From: Antedon mediterranea
Lineage: Eukaryota > Animalia > Echinodermata
Reading direction: 5' to 3'
DNA: 64,000 nucleotides
Assembly: GCF_964355755.1 (NCBI RefSeq)
Contig: NC_092672.1
Coordinates: 19,233,237 to 19,297,236 of the forward strand
Shown here piece by piece: positions 40,401-55,400 of this stretch. Numbering within the stretch: position 1 is the stretch's first letter; the number at the start of each line of letters is the position of its first letter. A program made the position numbers and the translations under genes. The notes beneath the pieces are model-generated. The model saw only the letters and a list, made by a program, of their open reading frames with translations. It did not search any database and was not told the DNA's origin.

Positions 40401-43400
40401 TAAAGCCCGGATTTTTTTTTTTTTTTATTTCATACTCATCCAACAGCGAGTAACCCGCCAATTACAGGATGGATAAACTATTTAATAATTTCACAAGACA
40501 AACATATACACAAGATGCTCTACATAAACAAAGACTTATTATTAAGTCTTTGGGAGTGGAGTTGTAAATTGTCATGAGAAAAAAACCCTGACATATGACA
40601 GGACTTGAACCCAGGACCCTTAGATTGATAGCCAAGCATCATAACCACCAAGCCACAGCTCCACTACAATATTGATTGTATCATGAGCGAAATATTAAAA
40701 TGTCTATTAGATATGAGAAAGTTAAAGATGTATTGTCCCTTTGAGTAATTCCAAAAAAATAAAAAATAAAAGATTTCGAAAAAAAGTGGGTCATTTTGAA
40801 GTATCATAATAGTTATTAACTATCACCAAAAATTAATTTGTCGAAAAAAAAATCATTTAACTGAAATACAGACGTTTTTTTGTTAAAAAAAATAAAAATA
40901 ACCAGTCAAAGTTTTCGATCAAAACATATCCCATAATGAAACGCGCTTGTTTTGCTACTCTGTATGCATAATCATAAAACTTCCTCACGATCTGTGTGAA
41001 AATACCTTCTCAACCATGACGAGTTGTAAACAATCCTAATTAGCATATTCATAATGCGTACTCGTGGTTTGAAATCTTTGTTTACTTTCGCTCGCGACGA
41101 TTTTGCAGACGAAATGTAATCAAACTAATTTACTTGTTAATTACGTAAACTTGTTGCTTTTGGCTTGAATTTTCGACTTAAAGTGAATAACTTTAATATT
41201 ACTATGATATGGCCAATTTAAATTTAGAATATTTTAACATTCATTTTTTTTGTGTTTCAAGGAACAATACATCTTTAAGCTTCTCTTCAATTTAATATTT
41301 GTCAGTGGGAATTTTCCTCAACGTTTGGCCACCAATGTAATTATACCAACTGGAGGGTGAGCTCGCTTCGCCCGTTTCCCCTCTAGGAAGTGAAGACGGA
41401 TGGTTCTCGGAATGATAATGACTCGGGTAAAAAGGTTGTAGAAGGACCCTTGGACGTTTTCTGTCGGTTATCATAAAATGCTTGATATTCGTAAAACTAA
41501 ACCTACTCTGTTTACAGTGTCTTAGATGATTAATAACATTTTAAAGTATAGTTTTTATTGTTTGGTAGGGCCCTTGTAGGGCGGAGGTGGGGAGGCGGAG
41601 TTCATTTGAGGGAGGTACTTATTCGAGGAATACGTTTGATTTTTTTAGTTTTTATAATATGGTAACATTTACAATCCAATAAAATCCTCTAATAGATATG
41701 AAAAGTGGTAAATAGTATAATTGTGTTATAAATATAATACAAAATGCTATTATATTATTATTCTAAGTGATGTTTTATTGGGATGGTGTTTTAGGCGTTA
41801 CCATCCTAATTAATAATTAATACATTATTTAGTTTAAACATCTTTTGAAACTAACTTCCGCGACAGAGTGGGCCATTTCGGCCTAAGAAGGAAGACGCGT
41901 TAGACGGCTTTCAACATTGGCAGAAGTTTCTCAGGGTCTTATATTAACGGGACATAGATAGCCCACAGTTATAACTGTCAGCTTACTCAATAACTCGGCT
42001 ATCTGGGTTTCACTCGATTTCAAACAAACAACAAACAGTATTGTACTATTCCCCACAATATCTCTTTATACGATGCTTTATGGCGTATATTTAATTTGAT
42101 ATTTATTCATTTGCAGTATAATTTTTTTATTTTGCTACAAAAACTAAAATGGCTTTCCCGCCACCAACGGCCAACTTAGTTGAAACCAGGAAATTGCAAA
42201 TTACTTCTACCGCGCATAGTTAAAAATCTACCAATGAAATCAGAATTTTTGTTTCAAAACCCTTTATAATATCTTCCTAAGATAGAAATATGGAACAATA
42301 TCGTAATAGTGAAAATCAATGTTTCTAATCTAATCTACGTTTCGCGGTATAACAGGTAGGTATCCAAGGCGGAGATTTGTCCCGAAGTTTTTCCATTGTG
42401 TTCGCCTATGTCAGAATTAACCATAATTTATATATAGATATACAAAATAAGAGGAAAACTTCTAAATCTCAAAATTATAGAGGGATATCTCTGATACCAA
42501 CAATAGCTAAGGCTTTCCTCTATATCATAATAATAGATTCATAGACTGGGCAGATGAGTAACATTTTGAATCAGGAACAAGCCGGGTTTAGAAAAGTATA
42601 TCGAACCCTTGATAATATATTTATTTTGAACATGTATCAACATATTTATTGATTCAAATGAAACTAGCTCTTCAAAGTGACGTTGCAAACGTCAATTACT
42701 CTATTCAAAGCTGAAGTCTTGTTAAAATTAAAAATAAATTATCGAACTTCCTAAATAATGAAATTGGTAATGGTCACTATTATCATCTCTTTTATTTAAT
42801 ATCTTTCTACAAGACTTAAGTGTTTATTTAAATTCCACAAAACAATCTAATAAAAATACTGTGAAATTAATCACATATTATATGCAGACGAGATGACTGG
42901 GTATAACGGTCCCCTAAATGTAAACAAAAAGGCAAATGAAAGTATTGAAAAATGGTTTTATAATGGAAACTCCAATGAAATTGTTGATTCGTTTAGATAG
43001 CTTGTGGTTGTATTCAGCGAAAATGGAAAGTGGAATAATACAATAGATACTAACTGTTGTCTAGCCAAAAAAAAAATGCATTATTATATTCATCTATTAT
43101 ATTTTCAATGAAATTTAGCATCAAACAAAACTAATGAATGATTTGAAAGTAATAAAAATATTATGTCTCAGAAATAAGCGGATTTTATATAGTTTAATTG
43201 GTATTATTGTTGAAAATGTATACACTTTGTAGATATGCCCTTGTAATCGGAAGTAATGTCACAACTCTTTCAGTTCTTTCAGAAATGGGCGTTTTTCGAT
43301 AAATGTAACTTGCATATTAATTACTATTATATCTTAAACACTAGTAAAGCAAGATTCTTATCAAAAAGTTAAGAATTCACTTTATTAAATATGTGCAAAT

Positions 43401-46400
43401 GCAATGAGGTTGAAAATCACTTTAATCACCAAAAAATAAAGTGTACTTTACTAATGAAAAAAAAAATGAAAAAAGTAATTAATACCCTGGTAAGATGTGC
43501 TTTTTGAGAATTAATTATTTTGCTGTTAGGACTATGTAAATTTAAACATGTGTATTATTATCGATTATTGTACTTGGGCCAGTGGCCTACATACTATTTA
43601 AAAAATAAATAAATGAATGAATGTCGTAGTTGGAAAGTATTGAAAACTGAATGTTACGTTAAAAGGATAACGTTTCATGCAAGGGAATGTTTTTTTAAGC
43701 TATAGTATTGGGTAGCAGTAATTAGGTCGATAATTCAAACTACTAGAAATTGCAACGAAATGGAGTTAGGGAGTTTAACCTGTAGAGTACAAATGTATTC
43801 ATTGGTAGTAGTATAATATAGTAGTATAATGTATTATGAACTATATTTTCAGAAGGGACATTCGCCTCTGACTGGGGCTGCACTTTATGGTAATTTTGAT
43901 ATCTGCAAGGCTTTAGTGAGAGCAGGAGCTAATGTGAATCATCAAACAGACGTAAGTACACATTGGTGTAGTTACACCATATATTTCTTTAAAAATGTTT
44001 GTTGAAGAATATAATAGATTTTGTTAAATTCTAAAAATTTAAATAGTAATTTGTCAAAGTATGTAAAGAGATATAGTTGTTAAATGATTTGTTTTGGCAA
44101 ACCAACAGTAGATAGCTTTAGATACACATTTTCAAAATAAATCACTTCATTATTTGGTTCTAAAATGCATACCTTTGCATTTATTGGACGGTAACCTGGT
44201 CTCTATTAGCTCTATTGCCATTATTATTATATTAGTTGAATGGTGAGAATATTTCATTAGTTGAAAGATTGAGTGCTTATTTTTAACGAGGCAGAGCCGA
44301 GATAAAATGAAAGCAGTCTACTTATTTGTTTTATAACACACCTACTTTATCAATCGTAAAATCATTAATGTTAGGCCATTGAAAAACGCGGATCTGTCAA
44401 CAAACTCGCGTGGAAAAAAATCACAACATATTTACAGGCTAATCACCATTAGATTTCAGTTTTATATTAGGTAGAACAAACCGAACAACGCGTGATGCAT
44501 AATTAAACAATCAAATGACAAGCATATAAGCATGTGTGTTATAATACATTATTAATTGGTTAGACGTAAACTTATTTTGCAAGAGCAATTTTCCACTTTT
44601 TTTTAACTTATCCTTATATTGCTAGTTTAAATTCTTTGTTTCGTTCCTCTTAAATGGTATAATTGCATTTTTATTTTCTTGATTTAAAACATGCAGTATG
44701 ATTTATGCACGTTAATATTTTTAACTTATTAGAAAGGAAACACAGCTCTTCATTCATGTGCCAGGAGTGATCTTACTTACGATGCACACAGAAATACCAT
44801 GCTGTTTTTGATGAAGGAATGTGCTGATAAATCTGTCCATGTCCAAAATAAGGTAGGTTGACATTAAAAATATTAAGATAAAATGTTATATTTTGTTTTA
44901 TTTTAAAAAGTAAAATACAATTAATAGAGTAATATTTTTAAGTTAAGGGTGTATTGTATATACGTATAAGGTATGGTACCCCAAAACATAAAATGAAGGT
45001 CAATTAAATCCGACTTCGAATTGGTTATTCTGTAGTTTTAAAAAAGTTAATCACTTGACGAAAAAAACATGTTTTCACTTTCATCGAGGTATTATAGATT
45101 GGCTAGAGGGCGGACTCCAGTGTTATCGCAGTTCAAAAAGTGATTCTTTATAGAGAGGGAACCAACAAGATTGCGGCTGCAACTAAACTATTTCATGCGC
45201 TAGTTATGCCCCTACACTACTGTCACGCACTACGCCTAACGTATTTTGCGCATGTCAAAAAAATTCCCACGCGCGCGAATTTTTCTACGGGGTATGAACA
45301 AAATATTTTTTCCAGCTTTTTCTAGTAATTAAAAAAAAAACATCTCTCCTTAAATCATGACATATGAATACGTTGAATTAGACGATTTCCGCGTCTTTTA
45401 GTTTAAAATGTACAAACTATTGTCAAAGTCATGCCTATTTTGAATGAATGTTGTGACCACGTATGGCCACTCGAAAAAGGAAAAAAAATATATGAATTTT
45501 GTCTCTTTCGTCATAGCTCAGCCTATTTAATAGAACGCATCTCGCTTATCCTACCTCAATTTGTAAATATTTGCTTGCTCCTTCAATTTTCTTCATAAAA
45601 AGTTACAAACATTTTTAATTTGATGACGTCATCATGTCAAAAAATTTGATTTATTTTCATCTTTACTTTAAATTTTAATCTGTTATAGCTTCTCAGAATG
45701 AAAAGTAATACACATGATTAAAATGTTTTCTGGAAGCTGTTCGTCATGGTTCATCATAATTAAAAGAGCGCGCATCTATATTCTACATATTCGAAGCTCT
45801 TCAACATGTAAAAATAAAAATCGATAATTCACAATTAGTAAATAAAATTTAACTGCAATGCACTAACTTTACAACATTCTCAGAATCATCGTGAGTTAAT
45901 CTCCGCCATGATTTTGGTAAACTGTTGCCGTGTTATAACGTCATACGTCCACTACACATGTCAGAGAGAGAGAGAGAGCGAAGGGCAAATTGCCACTGAA
46001 CAAGTTATCTAATTTGGCCAGTCACCATGGTAACGTGCATATCATAAAAATGACATCAGAGGGTCAGGCAACAAAGTGTAAATTTAAATTGGGAACTATA
46101 TATATATATACATTTCAATGACTGGCTGTTTTTTAATGCATTTTGTAATCACAATATGTATTATTTACATAACATTGTTTTACCTTTAATTTACAGTCTG
46201 ATCAATCTGTAGTTGATTTGTATAATAAAAACATGTGCAAAAAGTATGATAATGACCTTCGGTCAGCTCAGAAAGAAAAATTACTTCAACTATTGAAAAG
46301 TAAGTTTCTAATGAAGTATATTGAATATTGATATAAAGTTTGCAGTAAAACACGTATATTAGTTCTTAAAAGAACTGTTGAGTTTCTCGACGTTTCGATC

Positions 46401-49400
46401 AATATGAGGAGTGAGAATGCACTAATAAAAAGCTCTATCAATACTGCAGGTATTTACACATCTTATTCTACTTTTGTTTCAGGTACATCCTTACCAGACA
46501 CAGATATTACATCATCAGGTATGAATAGTATTTTATCAAAGTTTAACGAAGACAAATTGTTGTTGATTTTAGTTTTTTTTTTTAAATTGATTTTGTTTTT
46601 GTCTTTTTTAATCATCTTTAATTGATATTCAGCAGATAATATATATGCATTGTAAAAACTGTAAGTATTGAGAAAAATAAACAGACTGAAAAAGTGGCGT
46701 TATGGAAAAGGACTAAGATTATACGGTACTGTTACGGCTACTATATATAAGAAAAAATACAATTAGTTGTGTAAATGTGTCATCCACGTGAAAACTTAAA
46801 CGTGTTTGAATAATGTCAATATGGGAATGTCCTTGTCTGTCACCTCTTCCACACAAAACTCCATACATTTCTGTTGTATCTGTTTTTACTATTTTATTTT
46901 TTTACCTATTCTGAACATAATGCTATACAACAACACTTTCAATATTCATTTATTGAATAGCAGGCCTACTTTATAACTAAACTCTGTTCATGTTAGACTT
47001 AGACATTCCATATGCAATTACTGCTCGTGGCAAACGTGTTGAAAAAGCTTACATTGAAGCATTGAAAGAGGGTACCATTGAAGTGAATCTTGGAATGCTT
47101 AAAGTGATTGGTCAGGAAGGTGTGGGCAAAACTTGCCTAATCAATGCTTGTCTTGGAAAGAAGTAAGTATAAGTTAAACGCACAGTTTTATTACATTGTT
47201 CAAGTAAAATTGATATTACACTCTTCCCTTCTTCTACAACTTATATTCCAGATTTAACAATAACCATGACATTACTGATGGTATAGCTGTGATAAAAACT
47301 GTACGAACCAAGCCGGAAGAACAAAAATGGGCAGAGGATCTTACTGAAGATTGTGGTAAAATGAATGAATGAATTAAGCATTAGTTTAGGAGTCGGAAAG
47401 GGTTTGCCTTCACCCGCATTTTCCTTCACCCGCATTTTCCTTTGCTGCTGGCATGCTTGGTCTAACAGCAGTCAACATGGTAAACAATACGACCTTACGT
47501 ATACGACCTATACCATTGGCTCGAATAGAAATATTTGCCAACAGTGAAGAAAAACTGTTTTGACCGCTGGTCAAGAAAATGGTCATATTGATATCTAGCA
47601 AAAACATGGCCAGAAAGTTATATTTTCATCTTTAATTACTAAAGTATGTCAATAAAAATCAAAATTTAATTTAAGAAGGCCAACAGCCATTAAGTCGCGT
47701 GCTACAATGCATAGTGATACCGGACCGCCAGACAGACCGACCGACCAATATAGTGAACTCTAGAGTCGCGTCCATGCGACTAAAAAGGCATAATTTTGAC
47801 GAATTTTTGAACTTTTTCATCAAAAACATGCGCAAATTATCCAATTCGACGTGCTCGTATGACGTAATTTTAAGTCGAAATTGTTTAAAAGTTGGTCAAA
47901 TTATTAGAAAAGGCTGCAAAAACATAAATCACGCGAAAAAAGTATGTATTCTGAAGCGAAAAATCAGAAGAACTAAAATTTGTCGAAAAAGGCAGTATGA
48001 CAGAAACGCGAATACGCATGTGCATAGCATGACGCTTTTGATTCGCGCTAACAAATTCGCCTAGTGGAAAATCGGCTTAACTTTACGTGCGCACCGCGCG
48101 CGTAAAAAATTGCGCACGTATGGGAATTTTTGACATGCTCAAAATGACAAGAAACGCGTAGCAGTTGATTAAAAATTAATTTTGCGCATTTTAAAATTTG
48201 AAATGCGCGTGCGCGCGTAACTTTGTGTAAAACACACATTTTTTTTCTCAACAGAAAGTTAGCGCCTGATATAAATTAAACTTTTGCAAAGTTTCAATTT
48301 AAAATGTTATTTGGTTTTTGGCCTATGTTAAATACGAGAAAATCGTTAAATCGCGTGTAAATCACGCTGCGCAACTCTAACGTCATTCACAATAGGAGGT
48401 GCACAATTTCACGTAAATGCCCACATGTTGACATCAAAACAGTTCAAAAAGTACAGAAAAGCGATAAAACGCATAGTGATACCGGACCGACAGACAGACC
48501 GACAGACAGACCGACAGACAGACCGACAGACCGACCGACCGACAGACATAGTGAACTATAGAGTCGCGTCCACGCGACTAAAAACCTAATTTATAATAAT
48601 AATAATTCTTTCACAGAAAATACAGTTTGTGAATAAATATATAAATTTTCATAAAGAAATGTCAAAAGAGATGTATTAAAATTAGTACATCTTTTAAATA
48701 GGACAGAAATTTAATTTTTGTTTAATGAATCAGTAAATGTGGCTTTGGAGGAAAATGCATTTGGTAAATTACTTTTGGTAACTAATTCCATGAAATTTGA
48801 AATCTGTTGTAGTCTACCAAATGCAGGCTAAGTTGCCATCCATACACCAGTAGCTTTTTAGAATAATGCTATGGGTTTGAGAATTTGGTAAAATGATTCA
48901 TAGTTTAGTAGGCCTATAGGATACTTTTTCTTAAAATATAATAAGGAGAAATTTAAATTATTTTGCAGGTAATCCAAACTCATTGTATCGAAAACTTGCT
49001 GAAGAAAATATCAGCAAAATAATAGAAGTTGATGAAGAAAGTGTAGTTGAAGAAGATGGTGCAGCAGCAGAAAGTAAGCATTACGTCTCAATGGAAAACG
49101 TACGTATTAACATTTTATATTATTTTGTTTTATGATATATATTACATTTATGGAACAAATGTTAGTTTCATACACTATAATTGAAACATAATTATATGTT
49201 ATGTTTTGTAAATGCCATGAAATAAATCTAAAACCTTATCATGTGAAGGCAGATAGTATTGACAATCAAACACAATTAAATACCTTTTTTTGTCTTGTGT
49301 GGGTTCGTAAAAACTTGTTATGGATTCTTTCAATTCTAGAGAAGATTGTGCGTTAGATAATGAATAAAAAAGATAACTGAACAAAAGAAGGTTGGATAAG

Positions 49401-52400
49401 GGATTTATATAGTGCAATTTTTGTGGTTGGTGGGAATGCTGGCGCTTCGGGAAATATATATTCCCTCGAACTTAATATCATTCCCTCGGGGATGTCAAAT
49501 CTTATATTTAACCGATATAAAAGGCAATATCTGTTATATTATATAGCCAAGAACAAGTCTGCTGGGTTGGGTAAAGCTAGGCTAGGCCTCCTATATTTGT
49601 ATTGTATTTAAACAAGCCTGCCTAGACACCTTACCTTGCGAAGAATAATATACAGATAATTACTAATTAATGATTCCTTGGCAATAAAATATTCACTTAG
49701 GCCTAGGTCGTTTAAATTAACAGAAGAATTTCCATCAATACGCCTATTAATAATAATATTATAATCAGGTAGGCCGAATAAAAATTCGTCTTCTTAACTT
49801 CTCTTCGAGGAGCCGAATCACCCGATGTTCAGCGCGTACTAGTTACTAGGTTACTACACCGTGAGTATTGACCAATCACAAACGGTGTTTCATCCTATTT
49901 AGGGTGGACTAATAACAAATGAGGGCGCTATGTATGCATAGCTTAAATAGTTTAGAAGATTAATTTCTTCAAGCAAGTTCAGTGGCGCAGCGGTTGAAGC
50001 GTTGTCTTGCGATGGAGTGACAATTCCACCAGAGTTCAAGATCGAGTCTAGTTGATGACTTTTGTTTATTTATCGGCAACGCGAGTGTTGGCACACGAAA
50101 ATTACACAGTCAATATCATCGAACTCGAGAATCTATATGTTTAATGACAGGGGACACGATAATTACGCGAAAATTACACAGTCAATATCATCGTTCTCGA
50201 GGATATATACGATTTACGATCCTCGCAGCGGTAGTCATGTGATGCAGTTTCAACCAATCACGTTCGCGTATTTACATAGGCTATGTAAAATAACAAGATA
50301 ACAACTCCTGATTATTATACTTCCAATCGAGCAAAACTAAGATAAATATTGTAAATGCAAGTTTCATTAATTGTAAGCATGATTATAGTTAACATATGGT
50401 AAATCAGTTGCTTATACATATACAAGTTAAGCTGAGTACTTACAAAATAAGAACATAGCAAACTCTCAAACAAAACTGTAACACAGCAAGAGCCTGAAAC
50501 ACAACGAACAAAAGACCCGCTCTGCTTACGCACGGTCTTTTATCACACAGTGTCACCTGTATTCCAATTTCAGAATGACTACGCAGCGCCTTCAATACAC
50601 AATTAATCCAATTCATCACATTTGCATCTTACGTTCTTACGATTAATACCAATTTGTTGTAACTTGTAATACCAATTGTTGTAAAGTTTTTACATCATTA
50701 CAGGAGAGTTAATGTACATTTTGTTTACAAATAATTAAATCTATTGAGACATTCTTACTACCTCATCAGAACGTTAATGGCATTTCACAACAACAGTCCC
50801 ACATAGACCCACATTACCTTATAACTTGCCCTACCACAATATACTCTAATTGTGGCGGATTTTCGACAAAGAAAACAATTATTTTATAATAATACGGCGT
50901 TTTGACGCCGTAATTAGGGCGTTATGACGCCGTATTGGGGCGTTATAATGCCCTAGGCTTCAAGTTTCCAGAGGAGTTGGTCATGTTTTCGAGAACCATT
51001 CGGGTACACCTACTAGAGGGTGCGCGAGCGAACCCTCTGTATTCTCAATTCATCGATTGGCAATTTGGATAAAATGAGTTTCAAATTGAATGATATTTTT
51101 ATTCCATCTCCCTTCTTTTTGTTACTTGAAAGAATGCTTTTTAACCATCCTATGTTGATATGTGTTAATGTTATATTTGTTTATAAATAAATAGAACATA
51201 CAATTTGAAATTTGTGTTAATGACATTTTCTTGGCTTTTGTAAAATATACTTACATTTTGTTAGCAGGAGTTTTCGAACGCAAGAAAAAGGAAGAAAGAG
51301 GAGAGTAACATTGTGGGTGGTATGATAAGAAAAAAGGTAAACTTGTAACATGTAAAAATTTAATAATGGGTTTTTAGGGGCCATTTTTTGTGAAATAAAA
51401 AAACATTAATATTATTACCGTCAACTGTATGTGCTAACAAGAGCAACATCATTAATAATCACAGAAATGATGTAAATATTTGATTTGATACATGAAGATA
51501 ATTATTACAGCTTGACAAATCATTTTTTATTTTTTAGGTAAAAACAGCCACAAAAAATGATACCGGTAATTTAATTTGTTTATAAAAATATTAATCGTTT
51601 CTCTAGAAGTAGACTATTTTTCCTATAGATAATGTTGAGTTATTGAATAATGAAAATTGTTATTACAAATATGTTGTGACTTTCTCTCATTACCTTTCAT
51701 ATTATTTCAGCATTATTTCACTCCAATAAATAATTGTGTTTTTGGCACACGGTGCATTTACATATTATTGCACATTAAATAGCATTCATTTATGGGGTCA
51801 TTAGACCTATCCAAAATTCAATTATTTAAACAAACGAGTCTAATGTTTTAAAACGAATGCCACAAAGTATATTTTTATAAATTGCTTGGAATTCTGTTAT
51901 TTTCTTTTTCAAAATAAACAAAGCTACCTTTTAGTACCTTTTCTTATTTTTTTTTTATTTCTTAAGTAACAACTGAACAACCTGGAAAACCCGGAACATC
52001 TACAAGAACTGAAGATGTAAGTGCTATTTTATAATTTATTGTTTAAAAAATCAAATACAATCAGATCAATACTTAAAATAAAGGCATGACTCGAGTTATA
52101 ATTTCTATTTCAAAAATTAGATGTGATGCTAATTTATGTATTTTGGTATCTATATAATTATTTTAACTCGATATCCTAATTCAATTTACTTCTTTCTTTT
52201 ATAATGTTTGTTATTTTTATTTCTTTGTTTCAGGTCACCAAGATGTCAATTGCTGAAGGTGTGTTTTTTACTTCAAATTTAAATAAATATTTTTAGTTTT
52301 AATATATTTAACTGTAAGAATTTCAAACGTGTTTGTGTGAAGATAATGATGAAGCTTTGATAATAATAGTAATAATGATAACAGTTTTTTTAGAGGGTAA

Positions 52401-55400
52401 TAATAAAGTATTCAGTATTACAGTTTTTATGGATTTATTTGTCTTTTTTATATGACCGAAAAGGTACTGAAACAGCATCACTTGAACAAGAGTGGGATAA
52501 AGATATTATTTAGAAAATTTTTGCAAACCAAGAAATAGAACAGTCTCCTGTGGAAAATACATTTAACATTTGGGATCACGGAGGACAAGTAATCTACCAA
52601 GGAATACATCGTGTAAGTTGAAATAATTTTAGTGAATTTGCTTTGACAATTGTCGATTTTATTTCGCAGATTATTCAAAGAAAAACAACTTTTAAACCCT
52701 GGCTCTTGAGTGACCTGTATGATCTATAACATGGTTATTGGCAACATCGACATGAATGTTAAAATCACCAAAGATAACCAGTGGTATATTTGAAAGTGCG
52801 AACGCTGTAAATTAATAAACAGCAAAATCATAAAAAAAAGCAGCCATCGTAATTGGGTGATTCACAGAATATAAGTGGCCCTGTACACGACTAACTTTCT
52901 GAAGCTTTGTGAGCCAGATCGAACCAGCCATTTGTTCTTCAACCGCTAGTTTTTGTTGAAAGAAATCTTGACAATTTTTGTTTAACCTTTTTTGTAACCT
53001 ATTTTATTTTTCTGAACATAATGTTCAACCTCACGACTACCAAATCTTGCATCAGCCCTACGGTTTTTACTTACATGATATCTTGAACCATCTAAATATA
53101 CAACAGGTTCATCTACATTTTCATATTCTCAAAATGTATATCAGCCCCACCCATTGTGGGGCTGGGGTTGTGGTGACCCTCTCATTTGCCACCTCTTTAT
53201 ATTTTTAACTTTCAATAAAATGAATTTTTTGGCGAATTCCCCACTTTTTATAAATTCCATAAAAATCCTAGTTGCGGGCCTGCTAAAAATAGAAAGTCAA
53301 ATCTCTTTTATATCCAGTGCAACAACAACATTATTTCAAGATGTTTCTTTTATTCAAGCTATATCCATTGTATTTCATGAAAGGTCGATTACCGGTACAT
53401 TTTTAGTTCTTAGTTTAGGAGATGTTCTTCTGGGGTTGATGTTGGTCCATAGATGGATATAAAATGAAATGAATAAATAAAATTCTTACAGTAATTCATT
53501 ATTCTTATATTTGCTATATATTTTTTAATCTGCTAGATTTGTCTCTGTTATGTTGTTAATGTTAGCGATATATTTTTAATATTAAAGCACTGGAGTTATC
53601 ACAGTCAATAAAACAACTATTTACAAATTATTGTGTTTTTTCTGTTGTTGTTTTTTTTTTGCAGATCTTCATAACATCAGAGGCAGTTTATGTCGTTGTC
53701 TTTGATTTGAGTAAAAACCTTGAAGACCCTGCTAAATTCATAGACTCTAATTGGGTAAGCATTTCAGGTTTTGAATTTGGGTGATGAAACAAAAAAAAAC
53801 TCTTTCATTGCAATGTATTTATAGTATCAAAATATATTAAATAATAAGATAATTATACTTTTCATAGCAGAATAGAACCAGTAATATTATGATTTACCCA
53901 TTTTGCATAATTTTATTTTAAAAAAACTTGCATTGGTTTAATGTTTTATTTATATAAAAAATTTAATCGGATAATGTAATATCTTTTGATATATTGGTTT
54001 GGTTTGGTAGTAGAATAGTAATATTCAAAATCCATAATATAATTTGTATTCATTTTATAGGAAGAGCGTAATCATCATTGGACAAATCTTCAGTTCATAT
54101 TATCTTCGATACTTTCGGTTTATTCCCATAGTCGTATTTTGACTGAGAGCATAGAGAAAGAAGTTAATTTTCCGGCTATCCTTATTGTGGGTACGCATAA
54201 GGGGAAGCTTGGGAATACAGAAAAAGAACAAAATGATGAGGTTAGAACTATTTTTAAAAACGTTATTATTGGTGTTTTGTACAGGATGTAATCATTGCTG
54301 TATTTTGGGCTACTTTAATGCTAATCTGTTTTGATAAAATAAATTACAATTTAATATCTTATTTAAAGATTAGGGGTAGGTCACACTGTGACCCATGGCA
54401 TCCTTTTCATTTTCCTATTCTAGTTTAGTGACGTTTATGCACTTACATTTTCAATAGGTTTACATTTATTTTCACTTGACATAACAGTACAGCATGTTTT
54501 TTTTAATGTATTGTTATAGATGTGTTAATCTTGACATCATCGATCACTATATATTACTATTACTATATATTAATTAAAAATATACTTTATGTTGATTTAC
54601 TCCTTATTTAAAATAATAGGTATGATATTTAATTTCTTGCAAAAAAGGTATAAAACAACTTTACGCAATTTTTTTACCAGGCCGAGAAGGTGTTAAAGAA
54701 GATTGAAGATGTCCTGATAGGGAAACCATATGAAAAACATGTCTATGGATACTTTGCAGTTGAAAACAGTAGAGAAACTACAGATGAAAGCTTTAGTGAT
54801 CTGAAAGAAGTAATTCAAGATCTTATGAACCATTTAAAAAGGCCTATTCCATTAAAGTGGATGCGTTTTAGATGTGAATTATACAATATGAGGGAGGACA
54901 AATTGATATGTTCTTTAGACGAGGTAAAAGTTAGCGTAATCATTTTATCTTTTTAAGCAAATAATCATAGTACCTATTACAGGATACAATTTTTAAAACC
55001 ACAATAGCTTTGATAAATATACAAAAATGATTGCAATGCAACTAAAAACTGTAATTTAAATATACAGTAGACAAGAAAACGGCATAATAATATGCATAGT
55101 GCTTTAACTATTATTAAAACAATTACTTTTAGCTTTTTTCGTGGATCCGAATATGGTACTCCACACGTACAAACTAACGGATAAAATTAAAGGCGACCAT
55201 AGCAGAATGACTCACATTAATACATAAAAGTCGAATGTGTAATGATGATCTACGAAATTTGAAGCATATCTGATTATAGAAAATATCTTCTTTTATGTCA
55301 ACATCAACATGAACAAATAATTGTTAACTCTTCATTTACAATCTAGAACCAACTACTGTCTTTATCGTTATTACCTGTTACTTATTTGTTTCCTGTGCTC

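Larger units (their letters stand above)
40290..43070 (+). mobile_element. Highly degenerate LINE reverse transcriptase fragments in a ROCO intron, split by later insertions
   Basis: LNTEIKLDEVISALK (~40345), NYRGISL (~42473), QEQAGFRK-YRTLDNIFIL (~42572), YADE (~42880). Confidence 0.6.

Noticed and set aside
49975-50055. tRNA gene
   Set aside because: An A-box-like agtggcgcagcgg is present, but no cloverleaf or intact T-arm can be folded; at most a decayed SINE head.
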